Positions 1 through 9,440 of a stretch of 58,850 bases of DNA are shown here, one piece after another. Under the pieces are notes generated by a model. That model was not told the origin of the DNA and searched no databases. It saw only the letters and a list, made by a program, of their open reading frames with translations. The first letter of the stretch is position 1. Each line of letters opens with the position of its first letter. The position numbers were made by a program, and so were the translations under genes. Origin of the DNA: an uncultured Clostridia bacterium (GTDB lineage Bacteria > Bacillota > Clostridia > TANB77 > CAG-508); assembly GCA_944388765.1 (NCBI GenBank), contig CALXKA010000003.1, positions 1-58,850 on the forward strand, read 5' to 3'.

Positions 1-205
1 TTACTAACATTCCTAATAAAAATGAATTTCTTGCTTTTCTTTGCATTGGATTTGTTGCCATAACAAATTCCTCCCTTTATATTAATTTTTCTATATTTTT
101 TTACAAAATATCCATCTCTTATATTTTAACTCAAAGGTATTCTAAAATCAATGAATTTGTATTGTGTTATACAAAATTCATATTTTTGTAATGTTTTTGT
201 AATAT

Positions 206-1075
206 TTAGTGTATTTTTTCTAAAATTGTTGCAACTCCCTCTTGTTCATTACTATCTGTAATATAATTTGCTATTTCTTTTATTGTAGGATTACTTTGTC
301 CCATGGCAACTCCTAATCCTGCTTCTTCTATCATTTTTTTATCATTTATATTATCTCCAATAGCAACTATTTCTTCTTTTTTTATATTTAGTTTTGACAT
401 TAAAAATTCTAATGCATACCATTTATCAACATTTTTGGCTGATATTTCGGTATAATAATATTCTATTGGTATTTCTTCCGTTCCTTGTTGTATAAGTTTT
501 CTTGACATATGAGATACATCTAGAACTTCTATGTTTTCTATTTGATTTAATTTTTTTATAATTGATTGAAAAACACTTTTATTCTCATCACATATAGTTA
601 TTTTTAAAAATTTTTCTTCTTGCATTTTATTTATATATTCATACATATTTTCAACTATATTTATATGTGTTTGTTTATCTTCTGCTTTTTTTAAATTTTC
701 TTTATAGTAATATAAAACATTGTATTTTAAAGCTGTTGAAATTATAGTTTTATCTGTATATACATTATATGATATACTATTTTCTTCACACATCTTTATT
801 ATTTCTAATACTTTTTCTTTATTTAAGTAATTTTCATATAAAATCTCATTTTTTTGGATATCATAAATAAGAGCACCATTTCCTGCAATAAAGTATTTAG
901 TGCTCCCAATTTCGTTTGCAATTGTTTTTATTGAATCAATCGGTCTTCCTGATGCAATTATTACATCAATTCCTTTTTCTATTGTTCTTTTTATTTGTTT
1001 TTTTGTGTTTTCAGTAACTACTCCATATCCATTTAGCATTGTTCCATCTAAATCTATCGCTATTAATTTATACAT
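206..1075 (-). CDS. Cof-type HAD-IIB family phosphatase
   Basis: 289-aa ORF. N-terminal 'IAIDLDGTML' (DxD nucleophile motif) and C-terminal 'GDNINDKKMIEEAG' HAD motif IV. The length and cap region are typical of Cof/YidA-like enzymes. Confidence 0.8.
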   Translation of the reverse strand: MYKLIAIDLDGTMLNGYGVVTENTKKQIKRTIEKGIDVIIASGRPIDSIKTIANEIGSTKYFIAGNGALIYDIQKNEILYENYLNKEKVLEIIKMCEENSISYNVYTDKTIISTALKYNVLYYYKENLKKAEDKQTHINIVENMYEYINKMQEEKFLKITICDENKSVFQSIIKKLNQIENIEVLDVSHMSRKLIQQGTEEIPIEYYYTEISAKNVDKWYALEFLMSKLNIKKEEIVAIGDNINDKKMIEEAGLGVAMGQSNPTIKEIANYITDSNEQEGVATILEKIH

Positions 1076-1272
1076 ATTATTTCCAACTCCTTATTTCTTT
1101 TGTTTTACATTTTGCTTTTTTATTATACTTTTTTTTACATTAAATTGCAATATAGTTATTTTCATTTTTTGGTAAAAATTTCTTGTTTAATTTTCTTCTT
1201 TTCTACACATTATAGTATTAGAAAAAGCAAAAGTTTTTTCTTAAATGTAATATTGCAGGAGGTGAAAAAACA

Positions 1273-1470
1273 ATGGCAAACTCATCAAACAAAAAATTAG
1301 TTCCAGAAGCTATGACTGCTTTAGATAAATTCAAATATGAAGTAGCTAGTGAAGTAGGTGTTAATTTAAAAGACGGATATAATGGAGATCTTTCTTCAAG
1401 AGATGCTGGTAAAATCGGTGGACAAATGGTTAAAAAAATGATAGAACAAGCTGAAAGAAACATGAAATAA
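1273..1470 (+). CDS. small acid-soluble spore protein, alpha/beta type
   Basis: 65-aa ORF with '...KFKYEVASEVGV...' and 'GGQMVKKMIEQAE', the two conserved SASP alpha/beta blocks. A GGAGGTG RBS lies 8 nt upstream and the gene has its own terminator. Confidence 0.85.
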   Translation: MANSSNKKLVPEAMTALDKFKYEVASEVGVNLKDGYNGDLSSRDAGKIGGQMVKKMIEQAERNMK

Positions 1471-1550
1471 TTACTAGAATATTAGTTTTTATATTCAACT
1501 AGGTAGGAAGTTAAATTTTGTTTTTATATATTTATTTTTAAATACATAAA

Positions 1551-1576
1551 GGCAGGATTTGATTTCCTGCCTTTTT
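1551..1576 (+). terminator. intrinsic terminator of the SASP gene
   Basis: GGCAGGA / TCCTGCC 7-bp stem followed by TTTTT. Confidence 0.7.
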
Positions 1577-1835
1577 AGTTTTATTTTATTAGTACATAAT
1601 CTGGGTCATTTTCACATATATCTTTTACTTTTATATCTTCTTCTTTTTAAAATTTTTTATTAAGTTTATTCATGTATATGTTATTACTGTATATTCATTA
1701 AATCTTGCTGTTAATTTCATATTTATAAAATATGCTGTGTTATTAATAATATTTTCACTTTATATTCATTGATAGTTCTTTTTCATATTTTATTTAATAT
1801 TTTTTCCTTTTAGTTTTTGATTTCCTACCTTGATT

Positions 1836-2567
1836 TTAAATTTCATTCAATATTCCAATTAATATATATCTTGCATCTTCATACTCATATGAGCAAGTTG
1901 ATAAAGTTATCAATTTATCTGTTTCTCTTATATTAATATCACTTTTAAAATCAGATTTCTGTAATAATTTTTCTTTTTGTTCTTGATTTATTTCATTTAA
2001 ATTATATATATCATCTTTTAAAGAAGCTGTATATCCTGCAATCAGTTGAATTTCATAGTTTTTTTCTTGTGTAAAATAGTATATTATTTTATGATTATCA
2101 TAATATTCTTGTTTTTTATAATTTTGAAGCGTTCCAAACATTTCATCACTTTTCATATTATGTCCATATATTATTGTATTATCATCTTCTAAATTTGGAT
2201 TATTTCGATAATCCATAAATATACTTCCTGAGGTATTATATTCTCTATTTATAAGCCTATGTAGATAATATTGATTATCTTTTGCTTGTACAACTGGATA
2301 ATTTATTGGTGTGTTTTCAGAATAAATCCAACCAACTATATCTTGGTTTTTTTCTTTTAATGTAGAGAAGTTTACATTTATAGGTGTTTTTTCTTTATCT
2401 CTTGTTAGTTCTGTGTTTGGAACTTCCGTTATTATATCTTCAATCAATTCTTTTTTTAATTTTTTATTAGCATTTTCTTCTTTTATATAGTTATATATAT
2501 TATATGCTGAATATATAAATATTACTAAACAAATCCCAAGAAGTATAATTTTAATTATCTTTTTCAT
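1836..2567 (-). CDS. srtB: class B sortase
   Basis: N-terminal TM anchor, 'IYGHNM' His motif and 'TLSTCS' catalytic Cys motif (class B type). The ATG at 2567 is preceded by AAAGGAAA; the GTG extension to 2600 in the ORF track has no RBS. Confidence 0.8.
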   Translation of the reverse strand: MKKIIKIILLGICLVIFIYSAYNIYNYIKEENANKKLKKELIEDIITEVPNTELTRDKEKTPINVNFSTLKEKNQDIVGWIYSENTPINYPVVQAKDNQYYLHRLINREYNTSGSIFMDYRNNPNLEDDNTIIYGHNMKSDEMFGTLQNYKKQEYYDNHKIIYYFTQEKNYEIQLIAGYTASLKDDIYNLNEINQEQKEKLLQKSDFKSDINIRETDKLITLSTCSYEYEDARYILIGILNEI

Positions 2568-2651
2568 TTTTTTCCTTTCTTTATATGTAAAATGTTGCAC
2601 ATAAATTATCTTTAGTGCAACATAAAAATTTATTTGTTTATTTGTTTTTAG

Positions 2652-3044
2652 TTATTTGCTTTCCTTTTCTAAAATATATTTACCACCCATAGTGCCTTCT
2701 TCTCCATTTAATGTTAATGTGCCATTTTCAAGTTCAAATCTATATGTAGCATCATGGACAGCTTCATTTTCAAAATCTAATATTAATTTATTTTCATTTA
2801 TTGTATAACTATATTCATATTTTGTTTCATTATCATACATAGCACCTTTACCGTTATTATCAAATTCATATTTCACATTTTCATTATATATGAATGTACC
2901 GATTAATGTATTATTTTCAATATTAGTGCTATTATTATCATTATTATTAATGATAGCTATAGTGATTCCTACAGCTATCATTATAATTATTAATAAAATT
3001 ATGATTATTTTGAATGTTTGCTTATGTTTCTTTTTGTTTTGCAT
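2652..3044 (-). CDS. membrane-anchored hypothetical protein
   Basis: 130-aa ORF with an N-terminal basic stretch plus one TM helix ('IIIILLIIIMIAVGITIAII') and an N-rich linker. It sits between the anchor protein and srtB. No recognisable family, and the start is uncertain (it overlaps the 3' end of the upstream gene). Confidence 0.5.
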   Translation of the reverse strand: MQNKKKHKQTFKIIIILLIIIMIAVGITIAIINNNDNNSTNIENNTLIGTFIYNENVKYEFDNNGKGAMYDNETKYEYSYTINENKLILDFENEAVHDATYRFELENGTLTLNGEEGTMGGKYILEKESK

Positions 3045-4759
3045 TTAGCAATACCTATAAAGCAAATTCCTGAAATAACAAGTAAACTAATCCATAATGT
3101 TATATTACTATTGTCTCCTGTTTTAGGTTTTGTTGCATCTGTACTCTCTTTGTTTTCTTCTGCAACTGTTTCTGTTTCATCTGTTACTGCTGTTTCTTCT
3201 TGTTCAACTGTTTTTACAGGGATTACTTCACCTTGTCTTACTACTCGTTGACAATCAAGGCAATATAAATCTCCTGTGTATCCTTCTGTTTCTGTTGTTG
3301 CTTCAACTGCATCTCTAAGTTCTGTATTTGCATGCATCAATGGATTTATTTCTCCATATTCTGCTCCACATACCATACATTTTGCTTTTTCTACACAAGT
3401 AGCTGTTCCACCTTTATGCTCTGCTAATGGAATTACTGTTCCTTTTTGTAATTCTATTCCACAGTCTTTACAATATAAATCTCCTGTGTATCCTTCTTTT
3501 ATACATGTTGCTTCAACTGCATTTCTAGTTTCTGTATTTACATGGTTTGAAGAATCTACTTCCCCATATTCTGCTCCACATACTTCACATTTTGCTTTTT
3601 CTGTGCAAGTAGCTGTTCCACCTTTATGAGCTTCTTGATCTACAATATTTCCACATCCACATTCTTTCCAGTGATCTTCTGTATCTGCTTCCCATTCTCC
3701 ATATTGATGTGCTGCTTTTATTACTAAATCTTCTTCTGTTGCTTCTTGTTTATTTTCATCAAATAGTTTTCCACATACTGAACATTTATAATGAGCATCT
3801 ACTCCATCTTTTAATTCGTCAGCTGTATGTATTGCATCTACTTTTTCTATTAATTCTCCATATGAATGATCTGCAAGTGGTAATTTTGCATTTGTACCAC
3901 TTATAACTTCTCCACAGTCATCACATGTTACGTATTCACCATTTCCTTGTACCATACAAGTAGATGGTACTGCCTCATGTTTTGTTGTATTTTCATGTGC
4001 ACAAACAACTGTTACTTCACAAGTAGCACTATGTGTTTTATCTAGTGTATATACTGTAATTGTTACTGGCTCATTAGTTGTTTTTAAAGCTGTTACGACC
4101 CCATTTACAACACTTACTGTTGATGAGTCTTCACTTTCCCATATTACTCCTTGGTCTGCTGTTGCTGGTTCAACTGTTGCAACTAATGTGTCTGTTTTTC
4201 CTGCATCAAGTGTTAATGTTGTTTTATTAAGTGAAATTCCTGTTGCTGGTACTGATACTTTTATTGTTGAATTCACAGAACTAAACTCACTTGCTGGTAA
4301 CGCATCCATATTTTCATTTGCAAATTCAGTATCTCTTAATTCTACTGTATAATTTCCTGAAGTCGTATTTTCATTAACTGTACATTTGAATGTAGCTACT
4401 GTTATTTCTCCACTTATATTTAATGGATCTAAATCAAGTACTGTTATTCTTCTAGTTTCTTCTGTATAATCTATTTCTGCTATATTTCCCATTTGGTTTA
4501 CAAAGTTAGAATCTAATTTACCTGAGTTTGCTACATATGTTAGACCTTCTGGTATCCCAAGTTCTGTATAAATTGAACATATTGGTCCTGTTGTTTTAAC
4601 TTTGATTGTATAATTGATTGTATCACCTGGATTTACTTCTTGCTTATCTGCTGTTACTGTTAATGTTGCTCTTGGTTCTACTGCTAATACTGGCATGATA
4701 GGCATTAAACTAACAGCTAATGCTAATATAAGTAAAATTGAAATAAGTTTTTTTCTCAT
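3005..4759 (-). CDS. cell-wall-anchored surface protein: cohesin-like module + Big_2 + Cys-rich repeats + KPKTG sorting signal
   Basis: Signal peptide 'MRKKLISILLILALAVSLMPIMPVLA'. Residues ~31-170 follow a cohesin-like pattern ('NPGDTINYTIKV','ITVATFKCTV','GNYTVEL'). Residues ~172-250 are Big_2 ('TLDAGKTDTLVATVEP..VIWESEDSSTVSV'). Many CxxC pairs follow. The C-terminus is 'KPKTG' + hydrophobic helix + 'KCKTKRNISKHSK'. RBS is GAGGGGG. Confidence 0.75.
   Translation of the reverse strand: MRKKLISILLILALAVSLMPIMPVLAVEPRATLTVTADKQEVNPGDTINYTIKVKTTGPICSIYTELGIPEGLTYVANSGKLDSNFVNQMGNIAEIDYTEETRRITVLDLDPLNISGEITVATFKCTVNENTTSGNYTVELRDTEFANENMDALPASEFSSVNSTIKVSVPATGISLNKTTLTLDAGKTDTLVATVEPATADQGVIWESEDSSTVSVVNGVVTALKTTNEPVTITVYTLDKTHSATCEVTVVCAHENTTKHEAVPSTCMVQGNGEYVTCDDCGEVISGTNAKLPLADHSYGELIEKVDAIHTADELKDGVDAHYKCSVCGKLFDENKQEATEEDLVIKAAHQYGEWEADTEDHWKECGCGNIVDQEAHKGGTATCTEKAKCEVCGAEYGEVDSSNHVNTETRNAVEATCIKEGYTGDLYCKDCGIELQKGTVIPLAEHKGGTATCVEKAKCMVCGAEYGEINPLMHANTELRDAVEATTETEGYTGDLYCLDCQRVVRQGEVIPVKTVEQEETAVTDETETVAEENKESTDATKPKTGDNSNITLWISLLVISGICFIGIAKCKTKRNISKHSK
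3215..3628 (-). repeat. two tandem ~210-nt (70-aa) Cys-rich repeat units inside the anchor gene
   Basis: 'HKGGTATC[TV]EKAKC[EM]VCGAEYGE...EGYTGDLYC.DC' occurs twice back to back (aa 378-447 and 448-~515). The DNA repeat is visible as 'tctcctgtgtatccttct' at both ~3270 and ~3480. Confidence 0.8.
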
Positions 4760-4840
4760 TATATTTACCCCCTCTAAATTTTATACAAATATTTTATACT
4801 TATTAGTTTTAAAAGTCAAGTAATTTTGATTTTTTGTTTT

Positions 4841-5033
4841 TTAAAATACTATATTTCTCTTTACATAAGCCAATACTTTTCCATAGTCTACTAGTGTTAC
4901 TTCTCCATCTTGGTTTACATCAGCAGCTTTTAAATTTTGTCCAGTTAATAGTTTTGTTCCTTTGACATGCGCTAATATGTTTCCATAGTCTACTAATGTT
5001 ATTTCTCCATCTCCATTTACATCTCCTAAGATA
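4841..5033 (-). repeat. dockerin-module DNA repeat, copy 1
   Basis: Manual alignment against 6523-6715 gives 12 mismatches in 193 nt. Similarity stops abruptly upstream of the module. Confidence 0.85.
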
Positions 5034-6472
5034 TTTCTTTGTGTATTACTTCCTATTATTTGATTTTCTTCTGTATAGCAATACAATCTATTATTTTCTA
5101 TAAATTTTGCTCCTACTGTTCCAATTTCTGCTTTTAATTCCACATCACGATCAAATGATGTTTCATATATTTCTTTCATATATGAATTTGTTGGAATTGT
5201 AAATGTCGTTATGTTTTCTATTTCAGAAGGTGTTTTAGCTATTCCTGTAACCTTTCCTCCATCTAGTGGATCATTAATTACATAAACTAATCCATCATAT
5301 GAAAAACTTACTACATTTGCTTTTCTTGTTGCTCCATTAAAAACTCCATGAGTAGAATCTAAATAGATCCATTTTCCATCAACAAATGCAGCAGACCATT
5401 CATGTGTTACATTAGATACTGTTGCTGTTGGAATACCACATAAATATAGCATATAATTTGTAAGTATAGTGTATGCTTCACAATTTCCCATCTTTTCATT
5501 AAAAATGCTATAAACTCTATCAATAGTAGCATTTGCTCCATAGTTGTCCATATAATTTATATTATAATATACCCATGTACAAATTTCTCTTGCTTTTTCT
5601 GTTTGTGTTGTACAATTTGCTGTTAATTCTTCTACTTTTGCTTTTATTTCTTGATATGTTTCATTATTTTCATCTTTTTCATCGCAAAAGTATGTACGAT
5701 ATCCATTTAATTTATTTCCTGACCAATTAGTTCTATTATGTGATGTTATTCCTAATGTTTGCAAATTTGATGTAGGTAATACATCTAAATATGATTGATT
5801 TGTAATTGTTGTTGTAGTTGTTTCATTTGAATTTAATTCATTAAATGTTCTTCCATAAACTCTTGCATAATAAAATGCATTTGAATATTTATATCCAGAA
5901 ATTGTAGCTGTATTACTAAATGTTTCTTCTGAATCATCTATTACAGTATATATTGCTTCTATTTTGATATTTTTTAATGATGTACATTCACCAAATGCAT
6001 ATTCATTAATATATGCTATATTTTCTCCCAAATCTGCTTCTTGCAATGAATAACATTGATAAAACGCTCCCATTCCAATTCTTGTTAATTCTTTTGGGAA
6101 TTTTACTGTTTCTAAATTTCCACATTCTGCAAATGCTCTTAAACCAATTGTTGTTACTGTATCTGGCAATGATATTGTCTCTAAGTTTGTGTGCTTTTCA
6201 AAAGCACGATCAGATATAGATGTTATATCTCCATTAAAAATAACATTTTTTACTTGGTCTTTGTAGTCTATCCACGCACTTGTAGAACCACTCATTTTTC
6301 CACTACCAGTGATGGTTAGAGTACCATCACTATCTAATGTCCATGTAATATCATTTCCACAAGTCCCTGATGCAATTTCATTTGTTGCATATACATTTCC
6401 AAAATTTAATATGTTTATTAATAATATAAATATTATTAATGAAATTTGAAGTATTTTCAATATTATTTTCAT
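4841..6472 (-). CDS. secreted LRR (BspA-type) + transglutaminase-like cysteine protease core + C-terminal dockerin protein
   Basis: Signal peptide. Repeats of the form '...AF..C..L..I.LP..V..IG..AF' (LRR_5-like). Transglutaminase-core pattern 'GNCEAYT...HEWSAAFVDGKWIYLDSTHG' (C-H-D). Terminal 'DVNGDGEITLVDY...DVNQDGEVTLVDY' dockerin. Confidence 0.8.
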   Translation of the reverse strand: MKIILKILQISLIIFILLINILNFGNVYATNEIASGTCGNDITWTLDSDGTLTITGSGKMSGSTSAWIDYKDQVKNVIFNGDITSISDRAFEKHTNLETISLPDTVTTIGLRAFAECGNLETVKFPKELTRIGMGAFYQCYSLQEADLGENIAYINEYAFGECTSLKNIKIEAIYTVIDDSEETFSNTATISGYKYSNAFYYARVYGRTFNELNSNETTTTTITNQSYLDVLPTSNLQTLGITSHNRTNWSGNKLNGYRTYFCDEKDENNETYQEIKAKVEELTANCTTQTEKAREICTWVYYNINYMDNYGANATIDRVYSIFNEKMGNCEAYTILTNYMLYLCGIPTATVSNVTHEWSAAFVDGKWIYLDSTHGVFNGATRKANVVSFSYDGLVYVINDPLDGGKVTGIAKTPSEIENITTFTIPTNSYMKEIYETSFDRDVELKAEIGTVGAKFIENNRLYCYTEENQIIGSNTQRNILGDVNGDGEITLVDYGNILAHVKGTKLLTGQNLKAADVNQDGEVTLVDYGKVLAYVKRNIVF

Positions 6473-6522
6473 TTTTTAGATTATTCCTTTCTTAGATATA
6501 TCTTTATTTAAGTTTTTATTAA

Positions 6523-6715
6523 TTAAAACTGTATATTCCTTTTTACATAGGCCAATACTTTTCCATAGTCTACTAGTGTCACTTCTCCATCTAGGTTTAC
6601 ATCAGCAGCTTTTAAATTTTGTCCAGTTAATAGTTTTGTTCCTTTAACATGTGCTAATATATTTCCATAATCTACTAATGTTATTTCTCCATCTCCATTT
6701 ACATCTCCTAAGATA
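6523..6715 (-). repeat. dockerin-module DNA repeat, copy 2
   Basis: See copy 1 at 4841-5033. Confidence 0.85.
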
Positions 6716-9219
6716 TAATCAACAACATTTATAGTAGCTGTAGTTTTTAGTCCATCAACTTCTGCTGTAATTGTTGTTAATCCTTTTGTTTTTGCTGTTA
6801 TAGTTCCATCATTACTTATTGTTGCAACATTTGTATTACTGCTACTCCATTTAATTTCTCCATCTGGCTGCGCTCCTTCAGGTGTCATTTTTAATTCTAG
6901 TTTTTTGGTGTCTCCTATTCTTATAGATGCTGTATCTAAAGATATTCCTGTTAATACTTTATCTAGTGAAAAGAAATTAATAGGATATTTTATTACATAA
7001 GTATTTCCATAATTATCTGCTAACCCATGTACTTCAACTTCAACTGATTTTCCATTTTGAATTGAATAATTTCCATCAGTTAAATAATTTTTTAATTCAT
7101 CTGGAATATCAAAAAAATATGTTCTATATATGTTATCATAGTACAAGCTAAAATCTTCATTTGCAGATGAATATTCTTTTCCATTTGCTTTTAATACAAT
7201 GTATTTTGGTGTTTCCACAAAATATCCTTTATTTGTTAATGTTACAGACCACATTGCATTATAATTAATTGATTCAACTGGGAAGTTTCCTGGTGATGGC
7301 CATGCATAATATCCTTCATTATTATTTCTTTCTCCATCTCTAAATACATTTACTACACCATATCTACTTGCAAATCCATATGAAGCTGATGTTGCTTTTG
7401 GATCAAGTAAACTTAATCTATGGCCAACATCTTTATACATATTTGATGTGTCATCTATATATCCTTTTATTGAATATGCCATTAAAGTACCTTGACTTAT
7501 ATTTGCTGAATATCCAATTCCTGCACTAGTTGCAGAATATCCTTGTTTATAGAATTCTTCATCCATATCACTAGGTCTTGAAGGATAATGCGTTAATATA
7601 TTTCTTGCCGCTAATAATACGGCTCCTTTTTGAGAATAATCCATATATTGATCATTTTGCGTAATATTGTCTAGTCCCGCAATCCATCTAAAATAATTTA
7701 TTTGATTAAGTGTATCTGTTTTTACTTGTGGTAATAGTGATCCTGCTGTGTATGGTGCACTTATAGATGGCGTTTGATCATAAAGGTTAGATGTCGTATT
7801 TACTATACTTAATTTATCATATTTATTTTTTATTTGTAATTTTGTATGTGTTAATGCCACATGATCAGTTATTTCTATATTTTGTGTTACATTGTCATAA
7901 TCTGATAAATTTACTGTTAATGCATAAAATTCTCCATTTTTTAGATATTCTATTAAGATATCATTACCATTTTTATATACTCCTGTAATTCGTTTATCTT
8001 CTCCTATTGATAAATATTTCTCTATTTCATTTGTATGCCAATTATAAATATGTAAAATTCCTTGCACTCCTCCTACATACGCATATGTATCATCATGTGA
8101 TGTTATACTTGCAATATTTGAATAAGAACCATCTATGTCAATTGATCCTTTTATTGTATATGAAACCCCTGACTCAGTATTTGCGTTATAATTTATTTCA
8201 TAAAATTCTCCATATTGGTCATATGCATGTGTTTGTGAATCATCTAAAAATGTCCATAACATTCCTCCATATTCTCTCATTGTATATATCTCATTATTTA
8301 CAAATTTACCATTATCGATTTTTATAATACAATCATTCCACCATGATGGTATACCTCCTTGATTAATACCTAATGCACAAAAAATAACTGTATTTTGTTT
8401 ATTAGTACCAATTAAGTCGATTGCATTACAACCATTAACATATATACCACTTTTTGTATAGCTATCAATTGGATTTCCATCTTTTGTATATGATAATATT
8501 GTTAATTCTTCTTCAGTACTTCCTGCTGTTAGAAGATATATATTGTGATTAGAATCTATGCAAAATTCACCTTCAAATTGATCATATGTTATTGGAAATG
8601 TTTGATCATAGCAAATAGTTTCTGTTTCAGTGTCATATCCTACAATTCTTAATTCATCATATTCTCTCGTAGAATATAATGCATGATAGATTACTTTGTC
8701 TTGAACATAATATCCTCTTACTGATTCTACATCAAAATTATTCCAATTACTAAATATATCTGTATATTCTCCTGTTTCAAAACAATATCTTTTTATACGT
8801 ACAAAATTTAACCCATTTTCTCTTGAGTATGTATAATTTTTTCCATCTCTATTTACATATACTTTTGTAGTTACATCTTTACCATCTATTAATGTCCCTT
8901 CGTATGAGTCTAAACTATATGTACTAATTGCTGCTCTCGATTTTAAATTTGTATTTTGAATTTCTAAATTTTCTTCAGATAATTTTCCAATGTCTAAATC
9001 ATTTGAATCTAAGTTTTCTTGTTCTGCATTAGTATTTTGAATTTTCTTTTCCTCTATATTGTTATTTGTTTCTTCATTTTGTCTTTCTTGTCCATTTACT
9101 ATACTTAACTCATTTGTCGCTTCTTCTTGTGTTTCTTCTGTTGCAAAAACATTAAATGAAATGTTGAATATTAAAGAAAAAATAATAATAGAAGATAAAA
9201 CTTTTAATTTTTTACCCAT
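6523..9219 (-). CDS. large secreted protein with CAP/SCP-like domain, Big_2 domain and C-terminal dockerin
   Basis: Signal peptide. CAP-like block 'YFRWIAGL...GHRLSLLDPKATSASYGFA'. Big_2 'ISLDTASIRIGDTKKLELKMTPEG..IKWSSSNTNVATIS'. Dockerin 'DVNGDGEITLVDY...DVNLDGEVTLVDY'. The start is set at the second ATG (9219), which has a GGGGA RBS and fits the promoter position. Confidence 0.8.
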   Translation of the reverse strand: MGKKLKVLSSIIIFSLIFNISFNVFATEETQEEATNELSIVNGQERQNEETNNNIEEKKIQNTNAEQENLDSNDLDIGKLSEENLEIQNTNLKSRAAISTYSLDSYEGTLIDGKDVTTKVYVNRDGKNYTYSRENGLNFVRIKRYCFETGEYTDIFSNWNNFDVESVRGYYVQDKVIYHALYSTREYDELRIVGYDTETETICYDQTFPITYDQFEGEFCIDSNHNIYLLTAGSTEEELTILSYTKDGNPIDSYTKSGIYVNGCNAIDLIGTNKQNTVIFCALGINQGGIPSWWNDCIIKIDNGKFVNNEIYTMREYGGMLWTFLDDSQTHAYDQYGEFYEINYNANTESGVSYTIKGSIDIDGSYSNIASITSHDDTYAYVGGVQGILHIYNWHTNEIEKYLSIGEDKRITGVYKNGNDILIEYLKNGEFYALTVNLSDYDNVTQNIEITDHVALTHTKLQIKNKYDKLSIVNTTSNLYDQTPSISAPYTAGSLLPQVKTDTLNQINYFRWIAGLDNITQNDQYMDYSQKGAVLLAARNILTHYPSRPSDMDEEFYKQGYSATSAGIGYSANISQGTLMAYSIKGYIDDTSNMYKDVGHRLSLLDPKATSASYGFASRYGVVNVFRDGERNNNEGYYAWPSPGNFPVESINYNAMWSVTLTNKGYFVETPKYIVLKANGKEYSSANEDFSLYYDNIYRTYFFDIPDELKNYLTDGNYSIQNGKSVEVEVHGLADNYGNTYVIKYPINFFSLDKVLTGISLDTASIRIGDTKKLELKMTPEGAQPDGEIKWSSSNTNVATISNDGTITAKTKGLTTITAEVDGLKTTATINVVDYILGDVNGDGEITLVDYGNILAHVKGTKLLTGQNLKAADVNLDGEVTLVDYGKVLAYVKRNIQF

Positions 9220-9245
9220 ATAAAATTCCCCTTTCATTTTTTCAT

Positions 9246-9286
9246 ATTATATCAGATTATTTTTTCTTTGTGAATACTTTGTGAAT
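9246..9286 (-). promoter_or_regulatory. sigma-A-type promoter of the dockerin operon with tandem direct-repeat operator
   Basis: On the minus strand: TTCACA (9269-9274), 17-nt spacer, TGaTATAAT (-10 at 9246-9251). ATTCACAAAG occurs twice with 11-nt spacing (9266-9275 and 9277-9286) and overlaps the -35. Confidence 0.55.
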
Positions 9287-9352
9287 TTTTTATTTTTGCT
9301 GCCAGTATTGCTTAGAATTTTATGTTTTCAATTATTTTTAACAAACAGTCCT

Positions 9353-9408
9353 AGAAAAAAGCACACCATAAAATGCCAATTTTTTATGCATGACATTTTA
9401 TAGTGTAC
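9353..9408 (-). terminator. intrinsic terminator after hpf
   Basis: 15-nt arms GTACACTATAAAATG / CATTTTATGGTGTGC with one mismatch, followed by TTTTTT on the minus strand. Confidence 0.65.
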
Positions 9409-9440
9409 TTCAAAATAAAATTATTCCTAATTATCTTTAT

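Noticed and set aside
1076-1272. A forespore (sigma-G/sigma-F) promoter upstream of the SASP gene.
   Set aside because: A CATTATA element at about 1209-1215 fits the sigma-G -10 pattern (CATnnTA), but I found no matching -35 at the correct spacing, so it is not reported as a feature.
1836-9237. Interpreting the cohesin-dockerin genes as a cellulosome.
   Set aside because: I could recognise no glycoside hydrolase, carbohydrate esterase or cellulose-binding CBM in any of the proteins, and there is only one cohesin-like module.
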